Positions 7,446 to 15,504 of a stretch of DNA of 43,062 nt are shown piece by piece. Made by a program: the position numbers and the translations under genes. The notes under the pieces were generated by a model, which made no database searches, was not told where the DNA came from, and was given only the letters and a program-made list of their open reading frames with translations. Source of the stretch: a virus; the IMG/VR virus record IMGVR_UViG_3300029692_000015. One strand, given 5' to 3'. How positions within the stretch are numbered: position 1 is the first letter of the stretch; each line of letters starts with the position of its first letter.

Positions 7446-7934
7446 TCATTTTTTCATCATCCCTTCCATTGCCAGCTGCTCGCACTGCTTTTCAGCTTCC
7501 CGGCGCTGCCGGTCATACTCAAACAGCATATCGGCGTACTCTCCGCCCACCCGGCGGATGGCTGTCTCCAGCATCTCCGTCACAAGGTCGGTGTACTTAT
7601 CCGAGCCCTTGCGGCTGTTCTTGGCAGCTTCCCGGGCTTCCCACAAGTCGGTGAGCTTGTCCCGCCTGTCGGCGGTGATCTCACCATAGCCGTAGGCATC
7701 CTGGATCTGCTCCATGCTTTCCCAGCCTTCCAGCTCAGCAAAGGGGTCAGATTCAGCCTTTGCCATGCTGCGGGCTTTGGTCTTTTTCTTGACATACCGG
7801 GTCAGGCCATCCTGAATCACGGCGCGGGCATCGTCCATCGCCTTGCGGACGGCCTTGGCCTCCCGTTCTTTTTTGAGCTGGTCCGGCTGATTTGCCCATT
7901 CTGCCATTAGCTCCGATTTAGTTTTTGGCTTCAT
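7446..7934 (-). CDS. Hypothetical protein (charged, helical)
   Basis: Start MKPKTKSEL at 7934 follows GGAGGAAAAAC. No motif recognised. Confidence 0.6.
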   Translation of the reverse strand: MKPKTKSELMAEWANQPDQLKKEREAKAVRKAMDDARAVIQDGLTRYVKKKTKARSMAKAESDPFAELEGWESMEQIQDAYGYGEITADRRDKLTDLWEAREAAKNSRKGSDKYTDLVTEMLETAIRRVGGEYADMLFEYDRQRREAEKQCEQLAMEGMMKK

Positions 7935-8139
7935 GTTTTTCCTCCATTTTGACAGCTTCACGAATGTCCAGCTTGCTAAGCTCCAGATTCGCATACCACA
8001 ACTGCCAATTTACAAACCAACTCCTGTTTACAAGTTTTCCCATAAAGAAGATTCGTTCCTGCTCCATCAGATGATCGAGCGAAACGATATACTGTCCGGG
8101 CTTGTACTTCTGCGTCTGCGCCGTCTGTACGTTTTTCAT
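7918..8139 (-). CDS. Hypothetical protein (73 aa)
   Basis: ORF-track entry in an operon-consistent position. No motif recognised. Confidence 0.5.
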   Translation of the reverse strand: MKNVQTAQTQKYKPGQYIVSLDHLMEQERIFFMGKLVNRSWFVNWQLWYANLELSKLDIREAVKMEEKHEAKN

Positions 8140-8142
8140 TTT

Positions 8143-8845
8143 TTACCCCCATTGTTCGGACATTGCCTTTGCAATACCTGGCGCAGTCTTGCTTCTTGCT
8201 TTTGCACGCCCTTCTTGACCGTTTGTAATGCCACGAATACCTTCGCACCATGCAATTGGCTTTCCTTTGCACTTCTCCCCTTGGCAAAAATATCTTGGCT
8301 TTGGTCTTGGCAAGTCGTTCTTTTTCTTGAGAAGAGGGAGATTTTTCAGCCAGAGGCAAGTGCGCTTTGTGTGATAATTTTCCTCGTCAGATTCACTCTC
8401 TGCGAAATAGTACGGGTGAATGATCTGGTCAGCTTTTCTGTATGCAGTGTTCATGATGCCTACTGGATTTTCCACCGCAATGCGCGGAACGTCTGCCAAC
8501 ATGAATTGCATAAAGAAAATTGCAGCTTCCACGCGCTTTGCCCATCGTGCTACAACTTTTTCAGCTGGCGTTACGCGCAAACTGTATGCTCTTGTCGCTG
8601 CGTTGGAAAGATAAGTGCAGGGCGGGTGTGCAATGAGCAAATCCCACTTGCCAATGTCATGCGTTACGCCGTCCATCGTCACGACTTGCCCCCCCCCTCA
8701 GAGCCTTGAGCGCATCGCCGAGGATGTGCCACTCTGGATGACCGCCGGATGGTTCCTGAATATCGCAGGAGTAGGCTTCGTGTCCTTTTGCCCGGAATGC
8801 CTTGCAGACCTCCTGCGATTCCTCGCAGGCAACTAAAACTTTCAT
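8143..8845 (-). pseudogene. DNA (cytosine-5) methyltransferase interrupted by a frameshift in a G9 homopolymer
   Basis: The N-terminal ORF (8657-8845, MKVLVACEESQEVCKAF...) and C-terminal ORF (8143-8682, ...LLIAHPPCTYLS..., ENPVG) are in frames offset by 1. They overlap at a run of 9 C on the plus strand (8689-8697). Removing one base yields continuous ...ALRGGQVVTMDGVTHDIGKWDLLIAHPPC... Confidence 0.8.
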
Positions 8846-9057
8846 TTGTCTCCTCCGTTTTTGCCCAAATATTTTTTCTTGCCCTTCTCCCGGTGCTTGT
8901 CCTCGTAGCCGTAGTGATAGACCCTGCCTGACACGGTCATTTGCCGGTTATAGTCCGTCTCTTTTGCGTGTTCTTTGCGCCAAGCGGCAAACTGCGGACA
9001 GTGGTCATGACAGGTAGGATACCGGTCTGGGCAGTTTTTGCAGCATGGATTTGTCAA
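8842..9057 (-). CDS. Cysteine-rich small protein (71 aa)
   Basis: MTNPCCKNCPDRYPTCHDHCPQF... Both ends are coupled by ATGA-type overlaps. Confidence 0.55.
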   Translation of the reverse strand: MTNPCCKNCPDRYPTCHDHCPQFAAWRKEHAKETDYNRQMTVSGRVYHYGYEDKHREKGKKKYLGKNGGDK

Positions 9058-9902
9058 TGGTCATCTGCTCCTTTCTTGTTTTTCCGCAGGCGTTCCCGGC
9101 TGTGCGCCATAAACTCCGGGCTTAAAATATCGTTCCCGGAAGGCTGTGCTCTGTCTACGCGTGTGCCTTTTGCCCGGCTGCCGCCGATAGGGCAGAGCTG
9201 GTTATACTCCGCAACGGTCTTGCAGCCAAGTCTTTCCGCTTCGTCCAGCGCCTTGCGGACATACGCCCAGCTTCCGCCGCCCAGATCCACACACTTGTCC
9301 ATGACCGCGTACACAAGATCAGCGCCCATGCGCTCTATGTAGCCGGTCAGCTCTTTTTCTCCGGTCTTGCTCAGCTTGCTGACATTCTCCCGAAAAAAAT
9401 CCACTAGAGATCTCGTCGTCCTCGTCCCTGTATAGGAGGAGTCATCTTTAGATGACGACGACTTATCTATATCTAATATCTTATCTCTAATATCTGTATG
9501 GACATTTTTGTGGACGTCTGTGTGGACATCCTGTGGACATTGTCCACAGTGTTCTGCATCAATTTGACACTGGCTCGTTCTTTGCAACTTTTTTTGCACT
9601 GCATAATCTGTCTCGCTTCCGACCATTTCAGAGTGGTTTGCAAGCACCAACGTGCCATCTTTTTCCTGATAAATCAACCCAAGTTTCGCGTAAAGTCCTA
9701 GTGCGACACGCACCGTATCGGTAGAAAACCACTTAGTATCGCGCTGAATCTTGTCCACGTCATACGGAATGATCACTTCACCAATCTGGCGCGAAAGCCT
9801 GCCGTTTGTGTTGATAGTCATAAGGCAGAGCATCTGGTACAGAACCACATAGTTTGCGCCGTTTTTCTGACCCATGAGAAAATCCACCGCGTCGGACCGC
9901 AT
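9054..9902 (-). CDS. Phage replisome organizer / DnaD-domain replication protein (start uncertain)
   Basis: The N-terminal region is like the replisome-organizer domain. The C-terminal FFRENVSKLSKTGEKELTGYIERMGADLVYAVMDKCVDLGGGSWAYVRKALDEAERLG is DnaD-like. The conserved KRYYWLKLKDSF is encoded in frame just upstream of the first ATG with no canonical start. Confidence 0.75.
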   Translation of the reverse strand: MRSDAVDFLMGQKNGANYVVLYQMLCLMTINTNGRLSRQIGEVIIPYDVDKIQRDTKWFSTDTVRVALGLYAKLGLIYQEKDGTLVLANHSEMVGSETDYAVQKKLQRTSQCQIDAEHCGQCPQDVHTDVHKNVHTDIRDKILDIDKSSSSKDDSSYTGTRTTRSLVDFFRENVSKLSKTGEKELTGYIERMGADLVYAVMDKCVDLGGGSWAYVRKALDEAERLGCKTVAEYNQLCPIGGSRAKGTRVDRAQPSGNDILSPEFMAHSRERLRKNKKGADDH

Positions 9903-10010
9903 GAAGCTGTCTTTGAGCTTTAGCCAGTAGTATCTTTTCCCTGTAGCCGTATGATTTCACCTCCTTCCTTGCACGCCCGTATAGCCAGATAGCGCAGCTC
10001 TTGAAGTGTA

Positions 10011-11081
10011 TCAGTCTTTGCTTACGTCAATCCCCGTGATTTCTCTGAAAATCGCCGCGTCGAAGTTCGGCAAACTGAGGATAACGTTTCGATCAGCGGC
10101 ACTAAGCCCCGCCCACCACTTCCAGGCGTTGTCCGCTGTGGTGCGCTCCTTCAAATAACCGCCAGTCGTTTCAGCTTCAGGGTGCGCTGCCTTTTCTTCA
10201 TCGGTCATAGCAGACAGATAAACGTATTCAAGCTGGCAATCGTCAATATCGTTCAGCAAACGCCGGGCACGGCAGTTAAACCACCGCTCAAACGTCCAGT
10301 CGGTAGGCTTGTTGAACATATAGATTTTGGGCGATACCGTATTGAAACAGCCATTGGAAAAGGATGTAGCATTCCAGTCGCCGCTGTTCCGGTTGCCGCT
10401 GTTCCGGTTGCCGCTGTTCCAGTCGCCGCTGTTCCGGTTGCCGCTGTTCCGGTTGCCGCTGTTCCAGTTGCCGCTGTTCTGGTTGCCGCTGTTCCAGTCG
10501 CCGCTGTTCCGGTTGCCGCTGTTCCAGTTGCCGCTGTTCCGGTTGCCGCTGTTCCAGTTGCCGCTGTTCCAGTCGCCGCTGTTCTGGTCGCCGCTGTTCC
10601 GGTTGCCGCTGTTCTGGTCGCCGCTGTTCCGGTTGCCGCTGTTCCGGTTGCCGCTGTTCCAGTCGCCGCTGTTCCGGTTGCCGCTGTTCCAGTCGCCGCT
10701 GTTCCGGTCGCCGCTGTTCCAGTCGCCGCTGTTCTGGTCGCCGCTGTTCCAGTCGCCGCTGTTCCAACGTCCAGTGCAAGCCTTTCCAGTGTTCACGATC
10801 TCAAGGACTTCAGCCCAAGGGATTTCCCGCACAATTTCCAGCTTGTTCGTTGCACACTTATACTCATCCTCTGCAACCGTACCGTGGGCGATCACTTCAG
10901 CGACGTGGTTGTTCGGGTCAAAATCGTAATAACGGAAACAGTCGGCGGCATTCTTGCAGAAGTGCATACCCACATTGCAGACAGACGGACTTACAAATTC
11001 TTCAAATGTTCCCGGGCAAGAATACTGTTTGCCGCGACACGTCCAGTCAGAATTAAAAACTTTATATCCTTTTACGCTCAT
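10011..11081 (-). CDS. Repeat protein: globular N-domain + 26 tandem NSG[D/N][W/R/Q] pentapeptides + C-domain
   Basis: 356-aa ORF with RBS AAAGGAGGAGATAAACA upstream of the ATG. Central region is WNSGDWNSGDQNSGDW... Confidence 0.8.
   Translation of the reverse strand: MSVKGYKVFNSDWTCRGKQYSCPGTFEEFVSPSVCNVGMHFCKNAADCFRYYDFDPNNHVAEVIAHGTVAEDEYKCATNKLEIVREIPWAEVLEIVNTGKACTGRWNSGDWNSGDQNSGDWNSGDRNSGDWNSGNRNSGDWNSGNRNSGNRNSGDQNSGNRNSGDQNSGDWNSGNWNSGNRNSGNWNSGNRNSGDWNSGNQNSGNWNSGNRNSGNRNSGDWNSGNRNSGNRNSGDWNATSFSNGCFNTVSPKIYMFNKPTDWTFERWFNCRARRLLNDIDDCQLEYVYLSAMTDEEKAAHPEAETTGGYLKERTTADNAWKWWAGLSAADRNVILSLPNFDAAIFREITGIDVSKD
10374..10763. repeat. Tandem repeat, 26 x 15 bp (plus strand ccRgtYgccgctgtt-type unit)
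   Basis: Read directly: exactly 390 bp. Units differ only at three nucleotide positions, which encode D/N and W/R/Q. Confidence 0.95.
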
Positions 11082-11098
11082 TGTTTATCTCCTCCTTT

Positions 11099-11572
11099 TC
11101 AGAACGGCAGGTCGTCGGTGTCGTTTATCACGGCGAAATCATCCGTGCTGCCCTGCGTGTAGGCGGGCTGCGGTGCGCTCTGTGCGGTTTTTGCTTCGTG
11201 GGTGTAGTTTTGCGTCTGCTGGTCGAAATCGCGCGCAGCGGGCTTATCTGCCGCCTTAGCGCCTGCAAAGCTGATATTGTTCGCCACGACTTCCACCGCC
11301 GTGCGCTTGTTGCCCTGCTTGTCCTGATACTGCCGGGTCTGGATGCTGCCGTCAATGGCGATCATGCTGCCCTTCTGGAAGAACTTGCAGATAAATTCGG
11401 CGGTCTTGCCCCATGCCACGATATCCACAAAATCAGCCTGACGCTGCTGGCCCTTCGGGGTATAGCTGCGCTCGCAGGCAATGCGGAAGGTGCACACGTT
11501 GGTGCCCTGCTGGGTGGTGCGGAGTTCAGGGTCTGCCACAAGGCGACCCATGATAGCAACGACGTTAAGCAT
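11099..11572 (-). CDS. ssb: Single-stranded DNA-binding protein
   Basis: OB-fold N-terminus MLNVVAIMGRLVADPELRTTQQGTNVCTFRIA..., a low-complexity linker and an acidic tail ending DDLPF. Confidence 0.9.
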   Translation of the reverse strand: MLNVVAIMGRLVADPELRTTQQGTNVCTFRIACERSYTPKGQQRQADFVDIVAWGKTAEFICKFFQKGSMIAIDGSIQTRQYQDKQGNKRTAVEVVANNISFAGAKAADKPAARDFDQQTQNYTHEAKTAQSAPQPAYTQGSTDDFAVINDTDDLPF

Positions 11573-12248
11573 GTTGTTCTAATCCTTTCTCCTCTTTCGG
11601 CTGCTTCTGGGCGCAGTCCCAACACAACAAACGTCCATATTTTTCCTTTGTGGTTTTTGCGATATGCGTGTTGGAAACGCGCTTGCCTTTATACATGGCG
11701 TCCTGTATCGGCTTGCCGCAGCAAGCACACGTTAAGATCATCGGCGTGCTGTCCAGCGCTGCCTGTACTTCCGGGTCACGCTTTGGTGCTGCGGGTACGC
11801 TCTCTGACCGCGCACTGTACTTTGTCGGGTCTGCCTCCCAGTAAACATCTGCGCCCACGCCAAGCGCCTTGCACGCCACGCTCTGGGCGTCTGTGTAAGC
11901 TTTTTTGTAGGCGTCATCGTCTGTGCGCAAACCGCCCTGCTCCCTTGCGATCAGCAGCGATCCACCAACGCCGGGAATCGGTGCGCTCCACGGCTTTTCC
12001 TCGCCCTGCCGAATGTAAAGGCAGGTGAAGCAATGCACTACCACCTCACCGTTTGCGCCCTGCTTCTCCTCAAAAACCGGTGGATCGAACTTCCATCCAA
12101 TCCCGGAAGCCCCAAAAAGTTCCGTCAGCTTCTTGATACGCCACATAGGGTTGATATCGCTTTTGCCCTTCAGGCGGCCGGCAGCGATTTTTCGTAGGGC
12201 TTCCGGCGGGGCTTTTCTTGCGCTGTTGTAAATTTCCATTTTATCCAT
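11565..12248 (-). CDS. Putative single-strand annealing / recombination protein with C-terminal zinc ribbon
   Basis: Adjacent to ssb. Contains the motif GKSDINPMWRIKKLTELFGASGIGWKF and CACCGKPI...CWDC. Start MDKMEIY at 12248 overlaps the upstream stop. Family assignment is not verified. Confidence 0.45.
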   Translation of the reverse strand: MDKMEIYNSARKAPPEALRKIAAGRLKGKSDINPMWRIKKLTELFGASGIGWKFDPPVFEEKQGANGEVVVHCFTCLYIRQGEEKPWSAPIPGVGGSLLIAREQGGLRTDDDAYKKAYTDAQSVACKALGVGADVYWEADPTKYSARSESVPAAPKRDPEVQAALDSTPMILTCACCGKPIQDAMYKGKRVSNTHIAKTTKEKYGRLLCWDCAQKQPKEEKGLEQHA

Positions 12249-12654
12249 GTTTGTATGCCACCTCCGGGCATCCGTGCACGCGACACCGGCTTTGCAGCGA
12301 TAGGTGCTGTACGTTGTATGCGGCATCTGCCGCAATGGCAAGGTCTTTTGCGGTAGGGAACAGGCTGGACTGCGTAAGAACTACTTCCAGCGCGTACATT
12401 GCCTTGCCGAGTGCCTCTGCGGCATTCTTGCAGGCAAGCGCACGGTCGGTAGGGATCGTTCCCATGTAGACGCAGTCAGGATTGTTTTTTGTCCACGCAA
12501 GGTCACCGGCAACCGCTTTTTGCACTTTGCCAAGTGTGGAAACCGCCTCGCCAATGTCTGCAAGTGCTCCCAGCGTGAGACCTAGCTGCCACTCCGGCAC
12601 GTTGCTTGCATAGTTCAAGCAGATCTGTTTTTTCTCATCACAATGCATAAACAT
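12241..12654 (-). CDS. Hypothetical protein (137 aa)
   Basis: ORF-track entry within a tightly packed operon. Confidence 0.6.
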   Translation of the reverse strand: MFMHCDEKKQICLNYASNVPEWQLGLTLGALADIGEAVSTLGKVQKAVAGDLAWTKNNPDCVYMGTIPTDRALACKNAAEALGKAMYALEVVLTQSSLFPTAKDLAIAADAAYNVQHLSLQSRCRVHGCPEVAYKHG

Positions 12655-12819
12655 TCACCTCGAGTAAACCTTGCTGCGGTGCTCGTCCAGTACAACATAA
12701 ATCCTTGCCGGGCTTTCCTTTGCAAGGTCGTCCGCGTACTGCGCACCCTCCAGCGTGGTGCGCACCGGGATCTCGTTCACGAACCGGCGCTCTGCATCAT
12801 AAATCTGTACCGTGCACAT
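12655..12819 (-). CDS. Hypothetical small protein (54 aa)
   Basis: Start MCTVQIYD at 12819 follows GGAGGTGAGTGT. Confidence 0.45.
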   Translation of the reverse strand: MCTVQIYDAERRFVNEIPVRTTLEGAQYADDLAKESPARIYVVLDEHRSKVYSR

Positions 12820-12968
12820 ACACTCACCTCCGGTTGTTGTGCCGCCAGCCAAGGGCGATGTACCCAAGGTTTGCGCACAGAACGATAAAAATTAAGGTTT
12901 TCACGTTTTACCTCCTTGCGGTTTTCCTCATGTTGTGGTATTTTTGTGGTGATGGGCGGCAAGACTCA

Positions 12969-13142
12969 TCACCCTTTTGGCTTGTCCATTTCTTCGGCGC
13001 ACATCTCCCAGACGTTTGCTCGTGCGGAGTATCCAGCCCGGACAACAATGTCATCTGAGGCTTCAGCTTCTCGCCTGCAGCGTTCGGCAAGCCGCGTGTA
13101 GGATTTGACTTTGCCCTCAACGTAATCTTTGGCCGTCATCAT
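12969..13142 (-). CDS. Hypothetical small protein (57 aa)
   Basis: MMTAKDYVEGKVKSY...; the ATGATGA start overlaps the stop of the upstream membrane protein. Confidence 0.4.
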   Translation of the reverse strand: MMTAKDYVEGKVKSYTRLAERCRREAEASDDIVVRAGYSARANVWEMCAEEMDKPKG

Positions 13143-13423
13143 GCCCCACGCTCCTGATTCTCCGGGTACTCCGGGTTGCGGGCGTGGGTGCGGTTGATCT
13201 TGCCGTACTTGTGCTGCTTTGTGGCTTTCTCCCTGTCCTCTGCGGCAAAGCCCAGACGAGCCAGCAGAACAGCGGCCAAAATCAGCACCAGCGACACCGA
13301 AAACAGCGTGCCGGAGATGTATCCGGTGGTCTGTGCGGTGCCCTCTGCACCCATAGCTGCGCCCATTCCAACGCCGCCCAAAATGACAGCCAGCCAGTAG
13401 TAAGTAGTGGATTTGATCTTCAT
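13139..13423 (-). CDS. Small membrane protein (two predicted TM helices)
   Basis: Hydrophobic stretches YYWLAVILGGVGMGAAMGA and LFSVSLVLILAAVLLA. Confidence 0.6.
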   Translation of the reverse strand: MKIKSTTYYWLAVILGGVGMGAAMGAEGTAQTTGYISGTLFSVSLVLILAAVLLARLGFAAEDREKATKQHKYGKINRTHARNPEYPENQERGA

Positions 13424-13677
13424 GCGGATTCTCCTTTCTCAAGTGAGGGGAAAAACAGTTCCCCGATCTCATCCTGTCGGATGTCCAGCAGTTCACACAT
13501 TGCTGTGATCTCTGCGCTTGTCCACGGATTGTGCCCCTGCATCCTGCCGCTCATGGTGTCCCGGCCAATGCCGATATACTTAGCGACTTCCTGATCGCGG
13601 TAGCCGCAGCTGTGGAACCGGCCCCGCAGCTTCCAGTACGGAATCTGCCGGAAGCTGCCCTGTACGACCTTCATCAT
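13420..13677 (-). CDS. HTH regulatory protein (Cro/DUF739-like)
   Basis: 85 aa. WKLRGRFHSCGYRDQEVAKYIGIGRDTMSGRMQGHNPWTSAEITAMCELLDI resembles small phage Cro-like HTH proteins. Confidence 0.55.
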   Translation of the reverse strand: MMKVVQGSFRQIPYWKLRGRFHSCGYRDQEVAKYIGIGRDTMSGRMQGHNPWTSAEITAMCELLDIRQDEIGELFFPSLEKGESA

Positions 13678-13967
13678 GCTTCAACCTCTTTTCTTTGATG
13701 CTGTCCTTCCTCGCGCAGCCTGCCCGCCGGGGCACAGTTGCGGTCAAATTTCAAATAAATACTGACAGTCTTTGCAGCATGGCTGTTCTGAACTTCATCC
13801 ACTGCAAAGCAATTGACTTCGCGCTTGCCAAAGCGCTTCCAGAAGTCGCCAACTACAAGACCACTGTACGCCGGGGATGTGCCACAATCGTAGATCACAA
13901 AGCGGCTCTCGCCAAGAAATGCGTTATAAAACGTATCGATCAACTGGAAAACTGTCATTTTGTGCAC
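13674..13967 (-). CDS. Hypothetical protein (97 aa)
   Basis: ORF-track entry with overlapping junctions on both sides. Confidence 0.55.
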   Translation of the reverse strand: MHKMTVFQLIDTFYNAFLGESRFVIYDCGTSPAYSGLVVGDFWKRFGKREVNCFAVDEVQNSHAAKTVSIYLKFDRNCAPAGRLREEGQHQRKEVEA

Positions 13968-14671
13968 CCCATCTCAAACAGGCTGGTCTGTCCATTGGTC
14001 TGTTGGATCAGCATCACGGTGTTGGTACTGGGCTTCCAGCGCTGGATGTACTCCATTGCTTCATCAAAGCGCTTGCGGGGGATGTTGCCTACGCTGTTCA
14101 CCCGGAACCAGTCCTGCACATCGTGGTTGCACTCGCTGTACACCTTGCTGCGCACATGGTTGTCGATGTAGGCCGGGGCTTTTTCATCGCCAAGGGCGCA
14201 GATCACCGACCGGCTGATGCTCTTGCGCAGCACACGCTGCTGGTTGTAGTCCACCGTCATGGTGTTCTCTAGCGCCGTGAGCCGCTGCTCCTGCCTCTGA
14301 GTGCGGTCGTCCAGCAGGAACAGCGCCTGCATCTCCTTGCTGAGCTTGGGCATCTGCGGAGTGCTCAGCTTCTTTTCCATGGCGTTGAACGCCTGGATGT
14401 ACTTCAGCTTCCACTCCAGCGCTGCCTTGCCGGTAAAGCCCATAGCCAGCAGCGTAAAGCCGTCACGGTTCATCAGATAGGTGCGCTGCGGTCTGCCGTA
14501 GCTGTCCGGGGCTTCCGTCTCAAAAAACATCTGCGCAAAATTGCGCACATCTTCTTTCAGACTGTCAACAGCCCTCAAAACATCGCGGTGGTTCTTCTCA
14601 AAACTCTCGGCGATCTGGCGGCTGGATGCTACCGGCTCGCCGTTCTGGGTGGATAAGATGATGTCTGTCAT
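13955..14671 (-). CDS. Rha-family phage regulatory protein / antirepressor
   Basis: The N-terminus GEPVASSRQIAESFEKNHRDVLRAVDSL...RTYLMNRDGFTLLAMGFTGKAALEWKLKYIQAFNAME is Rha-like. RBS AAGGAGGACAAAACGAGACT lies upstream. Confidence 0.8.
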   Translation of the reverse strand: MTDIILSTQNGEPVASSRQIAESFEKNHRDVLRAVDSLKEDVRNFAQMFFETEAPDSYGRPQRTYLMNRDGFTLLAMGFTGKAALEWKLKYIQAFNAMEKKLSTPQMPKLSKEMQALFLLDDRTQRQEQRLTALENTMTVDYNQQRVLRKSISRSVICALGDEKAPAYIDNHVRSKVYSECNHDVQDWFRVNSVGNIPRKRFDEAMEYIQRWKPSTNTVMLIQQTNGQTSLFEMGCTK

Positions 14672-14689
14672 AGTCTCGTTTTGTCCTCC

Positions 14690-14717
14690 TTGTACTCTGC
14701 CCCTCCTGTGCTATACT
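14690..14717 (+). promoter_or_regulatory. Candidate sigma-70 promoter (TTGTAC-16 nt-TATACT) for the plus-strand moron
   Basis: Read directly: -35 at 14690-14695, -10 at 14712-14717. Confidence 0.35.
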
Positions 14718-14738
14718 TGAGCGGGAGGGGGTGAAAAA

Positions 14739-15038
14739 ATGAATCAGCGGGGATCCATGAACCAGCGTACAGATGAAATAGAGCGCATTCTGAACGCCAG
14801 CAAAGTGAATTATTCCAGTCCGCAAGTCTCGCAGCAGCCTACACTGTATGAGGTACAGCGGCGGTATGCGGAAAATTTGAAGCAGCTGCGCCAGCAGTTT
14901 GAAGAAAGCCAGCAAAAACAGGAAATCAAAGACCGCGAACAGGCAAAGGAAAATCGTGTAAACCGGTGGCTTACAGTCGCATCCTTGCTCGTGGCAACTG
15001 TTTCAATGGCTGCTGCGATAATTTCACTTTTCATGTAA
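14739..15038 (+). CDS. C-terminally membrane-anchored small protein, opposite in orientation to the early operon
   Basis: Strong RBS GGGAGGGGGTGAAAAA before the ATG. The C-terminal segment WLTVASLLVATVSMAAAIISLFM is hydrophobic. Confidence 0.55.
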   Translation: MNQRGSMNQRTDEIERILNASKVNYSSPQVSQQPTLYEVQRRYAENLKQLRQQFEESQQKQEIKDREQAKENRVNRWLTVASLLVATVSMAAAIISLFM

Positions 15039-15159
15039 GCTTTCGCACCAGATTGACGATCTGCAAAACAAGTGTTGCAACCTGAATGCAAAGCGTCAAA
15101 GCCAGAATCCTTGTTGTAGTCCAGTCGTGCTTGCGGCTGGGCTTTTTGTCGTTGTTCAT
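15031..15159 (-). CDS. Small single-TM protein (42 aa)
   Basis: ATG at 15159 follows AAGGAGGGCAAAACGGT (MNNDKKPSRKHDWTTTRILALTLCIQVATLVLQIVNLVRKLT). The 3' end overlaps 14739-15038 convergently by 8 nt. Confidence 0.45.
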   Translation of the reverse strand: MNNDKKPSRKHDWTTTRILALTLCIQVATLVLQIVNLVRKLT

Positions 15160-15174
15160 ACCGTTTTGCCCTCC

Positions 15175-15504
15175 TTACGCTACCCCGTCATGGTTGTTCT
15201 GGCTGTCGTTCTTGCGTACCGCTGCCATGCCCATGCCCATCCAGAGCAGGGACAGCTTGTCCTGCGGCTCTAAGTCGTCGAACAGCACGTTGATGAGCGT
15301 ATCCGCTGCGTGTGCTCCATCTGCCGGGATGCTGTACCGTTCTGCTGCCAGATCGGTGCGGTTCTTCTTCGTCTTTGCCAAAATTATCATCTCCTTCTGC
15401 GGTTGGCTCCCGCGACCTTGCCCGGCTGGCTGCCGGGTGGTTTCGACCCTTGCCACAGGGTCATCATCAGGCGGGGGTAATCGTTCAATTACGGTCTGCA
15501 CCAA
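15175..15504 (-). CDS. Hypothetical protein (start uncertain)
   Basis: The track ORF starts at TTG. An internal ATG (MIILAKTKK) is possible, but its RBS abuts the start codon. Confidence 0.4.
   Translation of the reverse strand: MVQTVIERLPPPDDDPVARVETTRQPAGQGRGSQPQKEMIILAKTKKNRTDLAAERYSIPADGAHAADTLINVLFDDLEPQDKLSLLWMGMGMAAVRKNDSQNNHDGVA

Noticed and set aside
10374-10763. Possible CRISPR array
   Set aside because: The units are contiguous 15-mers with no spacers and lie in frame inside a protein-coding gene.
10182-11162. Alternative-frame and antisense ORFs across the 15-bp repeat (10182-11162 +, 10288-10779 -, 10327-10929 +)
   Set aside because: Any frame of a 15-bp tandem array stays open. 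Only the 10011-11081 frame has a strong RBS and non-repeat globular flanks.
12969-13496. 175-aa version of the ORF overlapping the membrane protein gene
   Set aside because: Its first ~118 codons overlap 13139-13423 in another frame and have an Arg/Gly/His-rich shadow composition. Only the terminal 57 codons, from the ATGATGA junction, were kept.
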